Source: an uncultured Verrucomicrobiae bacterium (lineage in GTDB: Bacteria > Verrucomicrobiota > Verrucomicrobiia > Chthoniobacterales > JAATET01). Taken from it: DNA of 64,000 nucleotides. The position numbers were made by a program, and so were the translations under genes. Location of the stretch: positions 135,821-199,820 of the forward strand of contig CAWHTR010000002.1 of NCBI GenBank assembly GCA_963832325.1. Reading direction: 5' to 3'. Shown here piece by piece: positions 43,371-53,195 of the stretch. Under the pieces are notes generated by a model. The model was not told where the DNA came from. It made no database searches and saw only the letters and a list, made by a program, of their open reading frames with translations. Positions within the stretch are counted from its first letter, which is position 1; the number at the start of each line of letters is the position of its first letter.

Positions 43371-44683
43371 TGTTTTGGATCACCGTTGAAACCGGGGTGC
43401 GGGAGATATTTTCGCACAAGTTCCGGAGTTTCCTCTCGATGCTTGGAATCGTGCTTGGCGTTAGCAGCCTGATCGCGACGTTGGCATTGACGGACGGGAT
43501 CGAGCGGAGTTCTCGCGAGTTCATGGCGAACATGGGCGGGATTGAGATGGTGAAAGTCGTGGACAAAGAAATTTCTGACGAGAATCTGGATTTTTGGAAC
43601 CTATCGCCCGGGCGCACTCTGCAGGACGCCGAGGCGATCCGGCGTTCGGCGCCGTTGGTGACCTACGTTTCGCCTGAGTTCGACGAAGGCATGCCGGTTT
43701 CCGTCGGCGGGAATCTGATGCGCACGCGGGTGCGCGGAGTCTGGCCGGAGTACGTCGAGGCCACCGACACGCAGCTGGCATTTGGTCGGACGATCTCCGA
43801 CCTCGACGTCGAGCGGGCCACCCGCACGGTAGCGATCGGAGCGTCGGTTGCCGCCGAGATGTGGCCCTACCTTTCGCCTGAGCAGACGATCGGAAAGCAG
43901 ATTTTTCTTCGCCAGACGCCGTTCGAGGTTATTGGCGTCTTCCAGCTTTACGAGCGCGAGAAGGATAAGAAGGACGACGAGGAACAAGAGGCGCGCCGGG
44001 CGGCGCGAGGAGCGGGGAGATCGGGTTGGGACCCGTTTCGGTGGAAGAACGAAGCGGTCGTCATCCCCATCACGACGATGTTTTACGAATTTCAATCGGG
44101 CAAATTTCCGGAGGACTCCATCGATACCGTCCGGATCAAGGATCTGACGTTTCGGGTTGGGGATTTGAACACTTTCGAAGCGGCTCTCGCCCAGGTCCGT
44201 TCAGCGTTGAACAAAACGCACCGGAACGTGGATGATTTTGGCTTCGATACCCGCGAAGACTGGTTTGATAACATGAACGCGCAGATCTCGGCGACCCGCA
44301 CGAGTGGGGGCCTGATCGCCGGGATCAGTCTCCTCGTCGGGGGCATCGGGATCGCGAACATCATGCTCGCCAGCATCTCGGAGCGGGTTCGGGAGATTGG
44401 CATCCGCCGCGCGGTTGGAGCCAGGGGGCGCGACATCTTTCTTCAGATCATCATCGAAAGCGTGTCGACCGCGCTCATGGGTGGCTTGCTGGGGGTGTTC
44501 GTCGGATTTGGATTGATCGCACTCATTGGCTACCTCGCTCCGAGCGATAGCCCTCCCTTCGTGACGGCGGGAAGTATCATCCTGAGTGTCGTCTTCGCGG
44601 CGGTGGCGGGCGTTCTTTCGGGCATTTACCCGGCGATGCAGGCTTCCCGCCTCGATCCCATCCAGGCGCTTCGTTACGAGTAG
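43367..44683 (+). CDS. ABC transporter permease (MacB/FtsX type)
   Basis: 438 aa. N-terminal TM, a large periplasmic domain and a C-terminal FtsX-like 3-TM bundle (ISERVREIGIRRAVGA). Overlaps the ATPase stop by 4 nt. Confidence 0.85.
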   Translation: MMFWITVETGVREIFSHKFRSFLSMLGIVLGVSSLIATLALTDGIERSSREFMANMGGIEMVKVVDKEISDENLDFWNLSPGRTLQDAEAIRRSAPLVTYVSPEFDEGMPVSVGGNLMRTRVRGVWPEYVEATDTQLAFGRTISDLDVERATRTVAIGASVAAEMWPYLSPEQTIGKQIFLRQTPFEVIGVFQLYEREKDKKDDEEQEARRAARGAGRSGWDPFRWKNEAVVIPITTMFYEFQSGKFPEDSIDTVRIKDLTFRVGDLNTFEAALAQVRSALNKTHRNVDDFGFDTREDWFDNMNAQISATRTSGGLIAGISLLVGGIGIANIMLASISERVREIGIRRAVGARGRDIFLQIIIESVSTALMGGLLGVFVGFGLIALIGYLAPSDSPPFVTAGSIILSVVFAAVAGVLSGIYPAMQASRLDPIQALRYE

Positions 44684-44751
44684 CCGAGCCGAGTGTGGCG
44701 CGACCCGGCTCTCCAGGGCCGCATTGAGGGATCGCGGCCCGGCCCGGTCGA

Positions 44752-45204
44752 TCAGAGGGATCCGGCTTGGGCGGCCTGGGCCTTGATCTCGTTGAGAATC
44801 GGCTTGAACTCGAGGGCGAAAAGCTGGGATCGGCGGGTTTCGTCGGCAAATCCGGCTTCGCCGGCGTTGCTCACGCTGTAGACCGTCGGACTCACGCGGA
44901 CGTCTCCCGTGCCGGGAATCTCTGTCAGCTTGAGACGGACGCGCATGGTTGTCGTGTCATCATAAGATCCGTAGGCGATCTGACCGGCGACACCCGCCGG
45001 TTTGTCGAAAGAGATCGATTCTGGATAGTCCGCCGGGCCGGCATTGTAACCGTATTCGGGGAAGACGTTCTGCGCGGCATCGATGACCGCGAGGCGGTTG
45101 GTGTTGGGGATGGTGATCGATCCCATCCCACCGGAATCCCCGACTTTGGTCACGAGGCAGCCCGTGAGGGTGAGGGCAAGGGTAAGGCAGAGGAGGGAAC
45201 GCAT
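44752..45204 (-). CDS. lipoprotein, hypothetical
   Basis: 150 aa. Lipobox LTLTGC. Confidence 0.55.
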   Translation of the reverse strand: MRSLLCLTLALTLTGCLVTKVGDSGGMGSITIPNTNRLAVIDAAQNVFPEYGYNAGPADYPESISFDKPAGVAGQIAYGSYDDTTTMRVRLKLTEIPGTGDVRVSPTVYSVSNAGEAGFADETRRSQLFALEFKPILNEIKAQAAQAGSL

Positions 45205-45220
45205 GTGGGAAGAGTTGGGT

Positions 45221-45676
45221 TTAGCTCGAAGGCCGCTGGCGGCGGATGGTGATCCGTTTGACTCGGTCGGAGCTGCGGGGGCTGTAGGTTTCGATTTCGG
45301 GGTCGTCGGCGAAGACGTTGTGGACGATCCGGCGATCGTAGGAGTTGAGGGGCTCGGTCTGGACGGCGTGGCCTCCCTGGCGGACGGTTTCGGCGAGCTG
45401 TTGGGCTTTGTGGATAAGCGCGTCGTCCCGCATGTCGCGATGGTGTTCGACGTCGACGACGATCTTGGGTGAATCCGGCTGCTGGATGTGAAGGATCCGG
45501 TTCACGATGAACTGGAGGTCGCCGAGCGTTTGATCCTGGCGCCCGATCAGAGCCTCGGCCTCCTGAGTGTAAACCTGGAGGACTTGGGCGCCGTCGCGTT
45601 CCATCTCTTTGATTTCGACCACGAAGCCAAGGTATCCCAGGATCGTGTCGAGGATTTCCTTGGGTGTTTGGATCAT
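45221..45676 (-). CDS. Jag/KhpB-like RNA-binding protein (KH + R3H, no Jag_N domain)
   Basis: The ATG at 45676 overlaps the yidC stop (ATGA). R3H motif LNSYDRRIVHNVF. Confidence 0.75.
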   Translation of the reverse strand: MIQTPKEILDTILGYLGFVVEIKEMERDGAQVLQVYTQEAEALIGRQDQTLGDLQFIVNRILHIQQPDSPKIVVDVEHHRDMRDDALIHKAQQLAETVRQGGHAVQTEPLNSYDRRIVHNVFADDPEIETYSPRSSDRVKRITIRRQRPSS

Positions 45677-47514
45677 TGGAGAAATCGTTTCTGGCGCTTT
45701 TTCTTTTTCGGAGCTGCGGTGCCGGCTTTGGGCGCTGGCGCCTTCGGTTCCAAGGTTGGAAGCGGTTGGTTTCGCGTGAGGTAGAGTTGGAAGATAGAAA
45801 AGATGTTCTGCGTTGTCCAATACAGCGAGAGGGCAGCAGCGTAGTTGTAGGCAAAGACGACGAAGATGATCGGCATGAACATCATCATCCGCTGCTGGTT
45901 CTTGTCGCCCGTCTTCGGGGTGATCGCCATCTGCCACACCATTGAGCCAGCCATCAGGAGCGGAAGAAGATTGATTGGAAATCCGACGAAATGGCCCACG
46001 GTATCGGGCTGGGAAAGATCGTGGATCCAGAGGAACGAGCTGTTGCGCAACTCGATGGCCGATCCGAGCATCGAGTAAAACCCGAAGAAAATCGGGATCT
46101 GAACGAGCATGGGAAGGCACCCGCTGAAGGGATTGACACCGTATTTTTTGTAGAGCCCCATGAGCTCCGTGTTCATTTTCGTGGGGTCGTCCTTGTACTT
46201 TTCGCGCAACTCGGTCATCTTCGGCGAGAGCAGCGACATGCGCTTCATCGACTGGGTGGCCTTGTTCTGAAGCGGCCAGAGTGCGGATTTGATGCAGAGT
46301 GTGAGGACGATGATCGACGCGGCGTAGCTGTCGAACAGGCCGTGGAAGAGGTTCATGGCCCAGAGCAGGAATTTGCTCACGAATCCGAACATGCCGAAGT
46401 TCATGACTTCTTCCTGATTGCCACCCAGCGTGCGGAGACGAGTGAGGTCCTTCGGGCCGGCGTAGATCTGGAATTGCGCGCTGGTCGCTTCTCCGGCGGC
46501 GAGCTTGAACCCCGGCATTCCGAGCGCGCCGCGCATCCCGTAGATGGTGGTGCCAGCAACGTTCGGGATCGCAAAGCGTTCGGCGGCGACGGTCTTACCG
46601 AGCGTCTCGCCCTTCGCGGTGATGATCGTGCAGAAATACTGGCTCGTCACCGCGGCCCAGCGCACCTCCTCCGCCGAGTCGGTGTAAATGTTGGCCGGAT
46701 CGCGGAGCGAGACACCGACGAGGGGGATCTTCGAGCCACCGAACCAGTTGACGTCGATGTTCTCCATCTTGCCGTCTTTCGACCAATCGAAGCGGGTGTA
46801 GGTCGGAAGATCCTTCACGTGGATGGGTTCAGAGCCGCCCGTGCTCACGAAGTAGCCGTCGCGCTCGACCGGTGAGGTGCCGGTGTTGCGGAAGGTGACG
46901 TCGAGATCGACGACGTAGGGATCGTTCTTCGGCGCTTCGGAATCGGCGGCGGTTTCCTCGTCGTAGATTTCGGCGTCGGCGTCGGAGACGGTGAAGGTTT
47001 TCGTGATTTCTAAGCCGTCGGGCTGCTGATTCGTGAAAACGACCTGCCGCTTGGCGCGGTCGACCCGCATGGCGAAACCGCCGAGTGGCTGGCTGGGATC
47101 GAAACCCAATGCGCCGATGGGGACCGCGAGATTGCTGTTGATCCCGACGGCTTCCTGGTTTTCCCCGAGGTGAAGGAGAAGGATCGCGGTGTCGATGCCG
47201 CCAAGGTCGTTGTTGAATTCAAAATCCGCGCCCGGTCCTGCGCTCACCGTCTCGCGTTGAGCGGACATCGAGGATGTCGGTGCGACGGGGGTGGGCGCGG
47301 CGGCAGTCGAGGGGAGGGTGGTGTTGGGAATTGGAGCGCCGGGGGTCGTCGTCGCCGGGGGCGGCGTGGGGTTGGCGGCGGCTTGCTGCGACTGGCGGAT
47401 GCGTTCGGCTTCCTGCTGTTTGAGGTAGTCGCCGTAAGTAGCGTTGTAATAGATGTTCCAGCCAGCGAAGGCGAGAATGGCGAGGCCGATGGCGACCCAA
47501 GTTTTTCGATCCAT
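45673..47514 (-). CDS. yidC: membrane protein insertase YidC
   Basis: 613 aa. N-terminal TM, a large periplasmic domain and a conserved C-terminal core (NFGMFGFVSKFLLW, PFSGCLPMLVQIPIFFGFY). Confidence 0.92.
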   Translation of the reverse strand: MDRKTWVAIGLAILAFAGWNIYYNATYGDYLKQQEAERIRQSQQAAANPTPPPATTTPGAPIPNTTLPSTAAAPTPVAPTSSMSAQRETVSAGPGADFEFNNDLGGIDTAILLLHLGENQEAVGINSNLAVPIGALGFDPSQPLGGFAMRVDRAKRQVVFTNQQPDGLEITKTFTVSDADAEIYDEETAADSEAPKNDPYVVDLDVTFRNTGTSPVERDGYFVSTGGSEPIHVKDLPTYTRFDWSKDGKMENIDVNWFGGSKIPLVGVSLRDPANIYTDSAEEVRWAAVTSQYFCTIITAKGETLGKTVAAERFAIPNVAGTTIYGMRGALGMPGFKLAAGEATSAQFQIYAGPKDLTRLRTLGGNQEEVMNFGMFGFVSKFLLWAMNLFHGLFDSYAASIIVLTLCIKSALWPLQNKATQSMKRMSLLSPKMTELREKYKDDPTKMNTELMGLYKKYGVNPFSGCLPMLVQIPIFFGFYSMLGSAIELRNSSFLWIHDLSQPDTVGHFVGFPINLLPLLMAGSMVWQMAITPKTGDKNQQRMMMFMPIIFVVFAYNYAAALSLYWTTQNIFSIFQLYLTRNQPLPTLEPKAPAPKAGTAAPKKKKRQKRFLQ

Positions 47515-47529
47515 TTGGTAGAGAGGAGG

Positions 47530-47796
47530 TTAGCCCTGCCGGAGTGGGCGGTGATCGACGGGGGCGACCGGTGGCACCGGGTCGTGGCCGAGGCCACCCC
47601 ACGGGTGGCAGCGGCAAATTCGTTTGAGTCCGAGCCAGCCACCGCGCCAGGCTCCGTGGAGCTCCAGAGCTTCGATGGCGTAGCGCGAACAAGTCGGCTG
47701 GTAGCGGCACGAGCCGCCAGGTCCCACGATGAACCGCAACGCCGGGACGATCGCCAAGCGGTATCCGTGGATGAGGGCCAAAAGCAGGGATTTCAT
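47530..47796 (-). CDS. yidD: membrane protein insertion efficiency factor YidD
   Basis: ATG at 47796. [19 protein letters not shown] signature. Confidence 0.85.
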   Translation of the reverse strand: MKSLLLALIHGYRLAIVPALRFIVGPGGSCRYQPTCSRYAIEALELHGAWRGGWLGLKRICRCHPWGGLGHDPVPPVAPVDHRPLRQG

Positions 47797-48197
47797 TCGA
47801 GCTTGGGGACAATAGAAAGCCGCCTGCCGAGACGCAACCATTCGTCTCTCAGTGTCGCGAAGTCGGTTTCCGTCGCGGCCCGTTTGCCGACAACGACGAT
47901 CCAGACTCCGCGGGCCACCTCGTGTTGGAGAAGGCGGAAGATTTCCCGCAGTTGGCGGCGGACCCGGTTTCGGGAGACGGCGGGACCCACGCGGCGGGAC
48001 GTGATGAAGCCAATGCGCGGGGCAAAGTCCTCGCCCGGAAAGCGAAGGACCGTTACCCGGAAGTAACGGCCCTGAGTCGTCTCGCCGCGCTCGCGCACGG
48101 CGGAAAATTCGTGGCTCAAATTCAATCGAGCCGCCCGGGTGAACCGAAGCGGACGAGAATTAGGCAGCGGTGTGGCGCTTGAAGTGGAGCTCGGCAC
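47793..48197 (-). CDS. rnpA: ribonuclease P protein component
   Basis: [25 protein letters not shown] is the RnpA signature. The only in-frame ATG (48197) overlaps rpmH by 38 nt, so the start is uncertain. Confidence 0.8.
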   Translation of the reverse strand: MPSSTSSATPLPNSRPLRFTRAARLNLSHEFSAVRERGETTQGRYFRVTVLRFPGEDFAPRIGFITSRRVGPAVSRNRVRRQLREIFRLLQHEVARGVWIVVVGKRAATETDFATLRDEWLRLGRRLSIVPKLE

Positions 48198-48333
48198 CCT
48201 TCGGAAGGAGACGCTTGCGGCCCTTCTGACGGCGGCGGGAGAGGATGGCGCGGCCGCCTTTGGTCGCCATCCGAGCCCGGAAGCCGAACTGTTGCTTTCG
48301 CGTGCGCTTGGATGGTTGGTAGGTGCGTTTCAT
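48160..48333 (-). CDS. rpmH: 50S ribosomal protein L34
   Basis: Absent from the ORF track because it is under 60 aa. My own translation is [57 protein letters not shown] (57 aa). Canonical position upstream of rnpA. Confidence 0.85.
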   Translation of the reverse strand: MKRTYQPSKRTRKQQFGFRARMATKGGRAILSRRRQKGRKRLLPKGAELHFKRHTAA

Positions 48334-48359
48334 GGGATTCGAGATTTTGTGGGTTGGGG

Positions 48360-48388
48360 ACCATTCCAGAGCTCTCGGGAGTTGTCAA
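48360..48388 (-). promoter_or_regulatory. putative sigma70-type promoter for rpmH-rnpA-yidD-yidC-jag
   Basis: The minus strand reads TTGACA (48388-48383), a 17-nt spacer ending in TGG, then AATGGT (48365-48360). This fits an extended -10 TGn context, 26 nt upstream of the rpmH ATG. Confidence 0.3.
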
Positions 48389-48492
48389 CGGTCGAGTTCG
48401 GGTAGTTGCGCCGTCGGTGACCGTCCCGGCGAGGAGGTTGCCGCCACCTCTACTGTCGACAGCTGGGCGAAGGGACCCGCATAATCGATCGG

Positions 48493-48918
48493 ATGGACGA
48501 CAATCCAAAGACGCGGATCAGCACGGAGATCCAGGTCATGTATTTCGACACCGACGCGGCCGGCGTGGTGAACAATATCAATTACCTTCGATTCATCGAA
48601 ACGACGCGGACGCTTCTCGCGATCCAAATGGGAATGAGCTTTGAGGAGATCGCGCGGACTCAAGTGCACCCGGTTGTCACCCGGACCGAGATCGATTATC
48701 GGCGGCCAGCTTTGCTGGGAGACAAGTTGCGGATCGACGGTCGGATTGCCGAGTCGTCGAAGGTTCGGTTTTTTTGTGAATTCGAGATTGTGCGTCCGAG
48801 TGACGACGCGCGTCTCGTGACGTGCCGGCAGGCGCTGGCTTTGGTGCGGATGCCCGAGGGCCGTCCGATCCGGCTTCCGCAGGGGTTTCCTGACAATTTC
48901 GCGCTCGATCTCAAGTGA
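48493..48918 (+). CDS. acyl-CoA thioesterase, 4HBT/YbgC family
   Basis: 141 aa. VMYFDTDAAGVVNNINYLRF is a hotdog-fold catalytic Asp region. Confidence 0.8.
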   Translation: MDDNPKTRISTEIQVMYFDTDAAGVVNNINYLRFIETTRTLLAIQMGMSFEEIARTQVHPVVTRTEIDYRRPALLGDKLRIDGRIAESSKVRFFCEFEIVRPSDDARLVTCRQALALVRMPEGRPIRLPQGFPDNFALDLK

Positions 48919-50691
48919 AATGGTCCGCCACCGCGGGGTTCGCGGTCGTTCTTCTGGTGCTCTGCGCGGCGCTGCAGATTCAGTCGGCAGGCTGGGGCGG
49001 GCTTTACAACGAAACGGACGGGCAGTACGCGGGCGCGGCCCGGGTGATGGCCGAAGGTGGGGATTGGTTGGTGCCCCAGAACAATGGTGTCCCGCGCCTC
49101 GTGAAGCCGCCGTTGCTGTATTGGATGATCGCGAGTTCGTTTCGGATCTTCGGCGTCACGGAATTTGCCGCCCGCTTGCCGAACGCGCTTGGTGTGACCG
49201 CCTGGGTGCTGGCTGCTTTCGCCATCGGAGGATTGATGGGGGGTGCGAGGCGGGGATTTGTGGCTGGGGTGGTGCTGCTGACGTTTCTCGGCACGGCGAC
49301 ACTGGCTCGCATCGTCATGCCGGAACCCGTCTTCTGCGCCCTCATTGCGTGGGCGGTTTATTGCGGATTGCGCGGGATGATTGAAGAGACGCGGGTGCGG
49401 CGGTGGATTGTCGGCTTCTGGCTGCTGGCCGGACTCGCCGTTTTCACCAAGGGACTCCACGGGTTGCTCTTCCCGTTGGCAATCGTCGCGGTGACGGCCC
49501 TGGCGGTGCCGGACTGGCGACGGGGTGCGTGGCGGCTGGCGTCACCGCTGGGGGGCGTCATTTTTTTGGCGATCAACGTGCCGTGGTATTGGTTCATCGA
49601 GAGGCGCTACCCGGGCGTGCTGGCGAATCTTTTCTGGGTTGAACAATGGGGACACGTTGCGGGCAGCGCCGCTCCGGCGACGAATTACACCAACGTGCCG
49701 AGGGTTCAATTTCTCCTGCTGCACCTCGCGTGGCTGTTTCCGTGGTCCGTTGTTGGCATCGCCGAATGGCTCCGCCACGCGTTGCGGACCCGCCAGGTCG
49801 ATACTCGGGTGGAATCGACTTCACTCGCGAGATCCCGGGACTTCGGAGCGGTTGTCGCGAGGTTTGGGGATGCCGAGGTGACGCGGGGGGCGGTGTTACT
49901 GGGGGTTTGGGTGTTGGCGGTGTTTGGGCCGGTCCTGCTGGCGGGGCAGCGGCAGGATTATTACGCGATGGCGGCGTGGCCGGCTTCTGGCGTTGGCCGT
50001 GGCGGCGGTGATCGACCGGGGGATTTCCTGGGCGGGGGTCGTGGCGCTTGGCGTGGTGTGCGGAGGGGCGCTGGTGGTGTTGCCGATGGTTGGTGGCAGT
50101 GGGGATCCGGCCGCTGTGGCGGAGCGGTCGACGGCTTGGACGACGGTGTCGGGGTTGGATGGCGAGGTGTGGATTTCGCTCGCCCACCTGGGACGGTTGA
50201 GCGTCGGTTTTGCCGTGGTGGCGCTGGTGCTGGCGGCGGTCCTTCTGGCGCGGGGTAGGAGGCTGGTCGCGTTGCGGGCGGTGATGTTGGCAGCGGCGAG
50301 TCTGAGTTTCGGGGCGATGGCGGGATACGCGCGGGTTGCGCCATATTTCTCGGTCGCAGAGATGGCGCCGACCCTGCGGGAACTCGCCGGCCGGGGGACG
50401 CGGATTGCGTACGATGGCGGTATCGACACGGGGAGCAGTTTGCTCTTTTACGTCGGTGACAACGTGTTGCTCATCGGGCAGGACGCGGAAGAGGATTACC
50501 TGACGCGGACCTTTGGGACCGGTCGAGATCGTTACGTGTCGGTGGAAGAATTTGCGGATCTCTGGCGGGAAGGAGCCGGCGTGGCTCTGGTGACAGAGGA
50601 GGGGCGGACGGAGTACTGGCGCGAAAAGATTGGTGAATTGAGTCCGCCGATCGCGCGGTCGGGGACCCAGGTGGTGTATCTGATGCGGTAA
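48915..50691 (+). pseudogene. family-39 glycosyltransferase (ArnT/PMT_2-like), frame disrupted
   Basis: The GTG at 48915 overlaps the thioesterase stop (GTGA). The N-terminal part has DGQYAGAARVMAEGGDWLVPQNNGVPRLVKPPLLYW and multiple TMs up to ...QRQDYYAMAAWP, then Gly/Arg nonsense. The +1 frame (ORF 49924-50691) continues LLALAVAAVIDRGISWAGVVAL... to 50691. The junction is TGGCCGGCTT at 49977-49986. Confidence 0.8.
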
Positions 50692-50693
50692 GA

Positions 50694-51593
50694 CTACGCG
50701 CTTTTCATCCGACGGATGAGGGTGTCGGCCATGTCGGCGGGAGTTTCGGCGACGGCGATGTTGGCGTCGCGGAGGGCTTCGATCTTGGCGGCGGCGGTGC
50801 CTTTGCCACCGCTGACGATGGCTCCGGCGTGACCCATGCGTCGACCGGGGGGCGCGGTGGCTCCGGCGATGAAGGCGGCGATCGGCTTCTTGCAGTTCGC
50901 CTTGGCCCACTCGGCAGCTTCTTCCTCGGCGGTGCCGCCGATCTCGCCGATCATGATGATGGCTTCGGTCTCGGGGTCGTCGTTGAACATTTCCAGGACG
51001 TCGCGGTGGGAGGTGCCGTTGACCGGGTCGCCGCCGATCCCGACGCAGGTGCTCTGGCCGAGGCCGCGGGTGGTCAATTGCCAGACGGCCTCGTAGGTGA
51101 GGGTGCCCGAGCGGGAGACGACGCCGACGTTGCCGCGCTTGTGGATGTAGCCGGGGGCGATGCCGATACGGCAGCCGCCGTGGGAATTTTCTCCCGATCC
51201 GGGAGTGACGATGCCCGGGCAATTCGGGCCGATGAGTCGGGTTTTCGAGTCCTTGAGCGCGTGTTTGACGCGGACCATGTCATTGACCGGGATGCCTTCG
51301 GTGATGCAGATCGCGAGGTCGAGACCGGCGTCCATTGCCTCGAAGATCGCGTCGGCGGCGAAGGGTGGTGGGACGAAGATGACGGAAACGGTCGCGCCTG
51401 TCTCGGCGACTGCGTCGCGGACGGTGTCGAAGATCGGAACGGTGTCGGAGAACGTCTGGCCGCCCTTGCCGGGGGTGACGCCGGCGGTGATTTTCGTGCC
51501 GTAGTCGAGGCTGAGCTGCGCGTGGCGGGCGCCGAAGCTGCCGGTGATGCCCTGGACGAGGACCTTGGTTTCGGGAGTGACGAGGATGGCCAT
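50694..51593 (-). CDS. sucD: succinyl-CoA synthetase alpha subunit
   Basis: 299 aa. [17 protein letters not shown] and the phosphohistidine loop [10 protein letters not shown]. Confidence 0.93.
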   Translation of the reverse strand: MAILVTPETKVLVQGITGSFGARHAQLSLDYGTKITAGVTPGKGGQTFSDTVPIFDTVRDAVAETGATVSVIFVPPPFAADAIFEAMDAGLDLAICITEGIPVNDMVRVKHALKDSKTRLIGPNCPGIVTPGSGENSHGGCRIGIAPGYIHKRGNVGVVSRSGTLTYEAVWQLTTRGLGQSTCVGIGGDPVNGTSHRDVLEMFNDDPETEAIIMIGEIGGTAEEEAAEWAKANCKKPIAAFIAGATAPPGRRMGHAGAIVSGGKGTAAAKIEALRDANIAVAETPADMADTLIRRMKSA

Positions 51594-51596
51594 GAG

Positions 51597-51958
51597 TTAG
51601 CTCGATTTGCGTTTATGAATGATGATGATGTTTCCGTCGGGGTCTTTGACCATCGCCATGTGGCAGACGGGGGTTTCGAAAGGTTCCACCTGAAACGGCG
51701 TGTTCGCGGCCTTGAGTTCGGAGATCGAGGACTCGAAATCGTCGACTTCGAGACCGACCGAGCAGCCGTCGCTGGATGGTTTCCAATCGGGAGTCTTGCC
51801 GATGCTGAGGGTGCCGGGGCCGATGTCGTATTCGACCCAGTGACCGCCTTCCATCTCGTGATCCATCGAGCAGGTCAACCCAAGGACACCTTCGTAGAAG
51901 GCTTTGGCGCGGGGGACGTCCGTGACTGGGTAGCAGGAGAAGGCGATTTCGTTGATCT

Positions 51959-51962
<4 letters not shown>
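51597..51962 (-). CDS. VOC (glyoxalase/bleomycin-resistance fold) family protein
   Basis: 121 aa. [11 protein letters not shown] ... [13 protein letters not shown] is typical of the VOC fold. The ATG overlaps the sucC stop (ATGA at 51959-51962). Confidence 0.75.
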
Positions 51963-53155
<1,193 letters not shown>

Positions 53156-53195
53156 GCGTCTGACTGCCGCGCCGAATCGGGTGCTTGGGCGGACC

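Noticed and set aside
44716-44740. 7-bp GC hairpin GGGCCGC-N11-GCGGCCC between the convergent permease and lipoprotein genes, as a bidirectional terminator
   Set aside because: The stem is real, but there is no U-tract on either strand and similar GC palindromes are common here. This is not enough to call an intrinsic terminator.
48334-48492. Replication origin next to rpmH
   Set aside because: No TTATCCACA-type DnaA boxes or AT-rich unwinding element were seen. dnaA is not adjacent (a thioesterase gene is). parA lies 48 kb away at the left edge.
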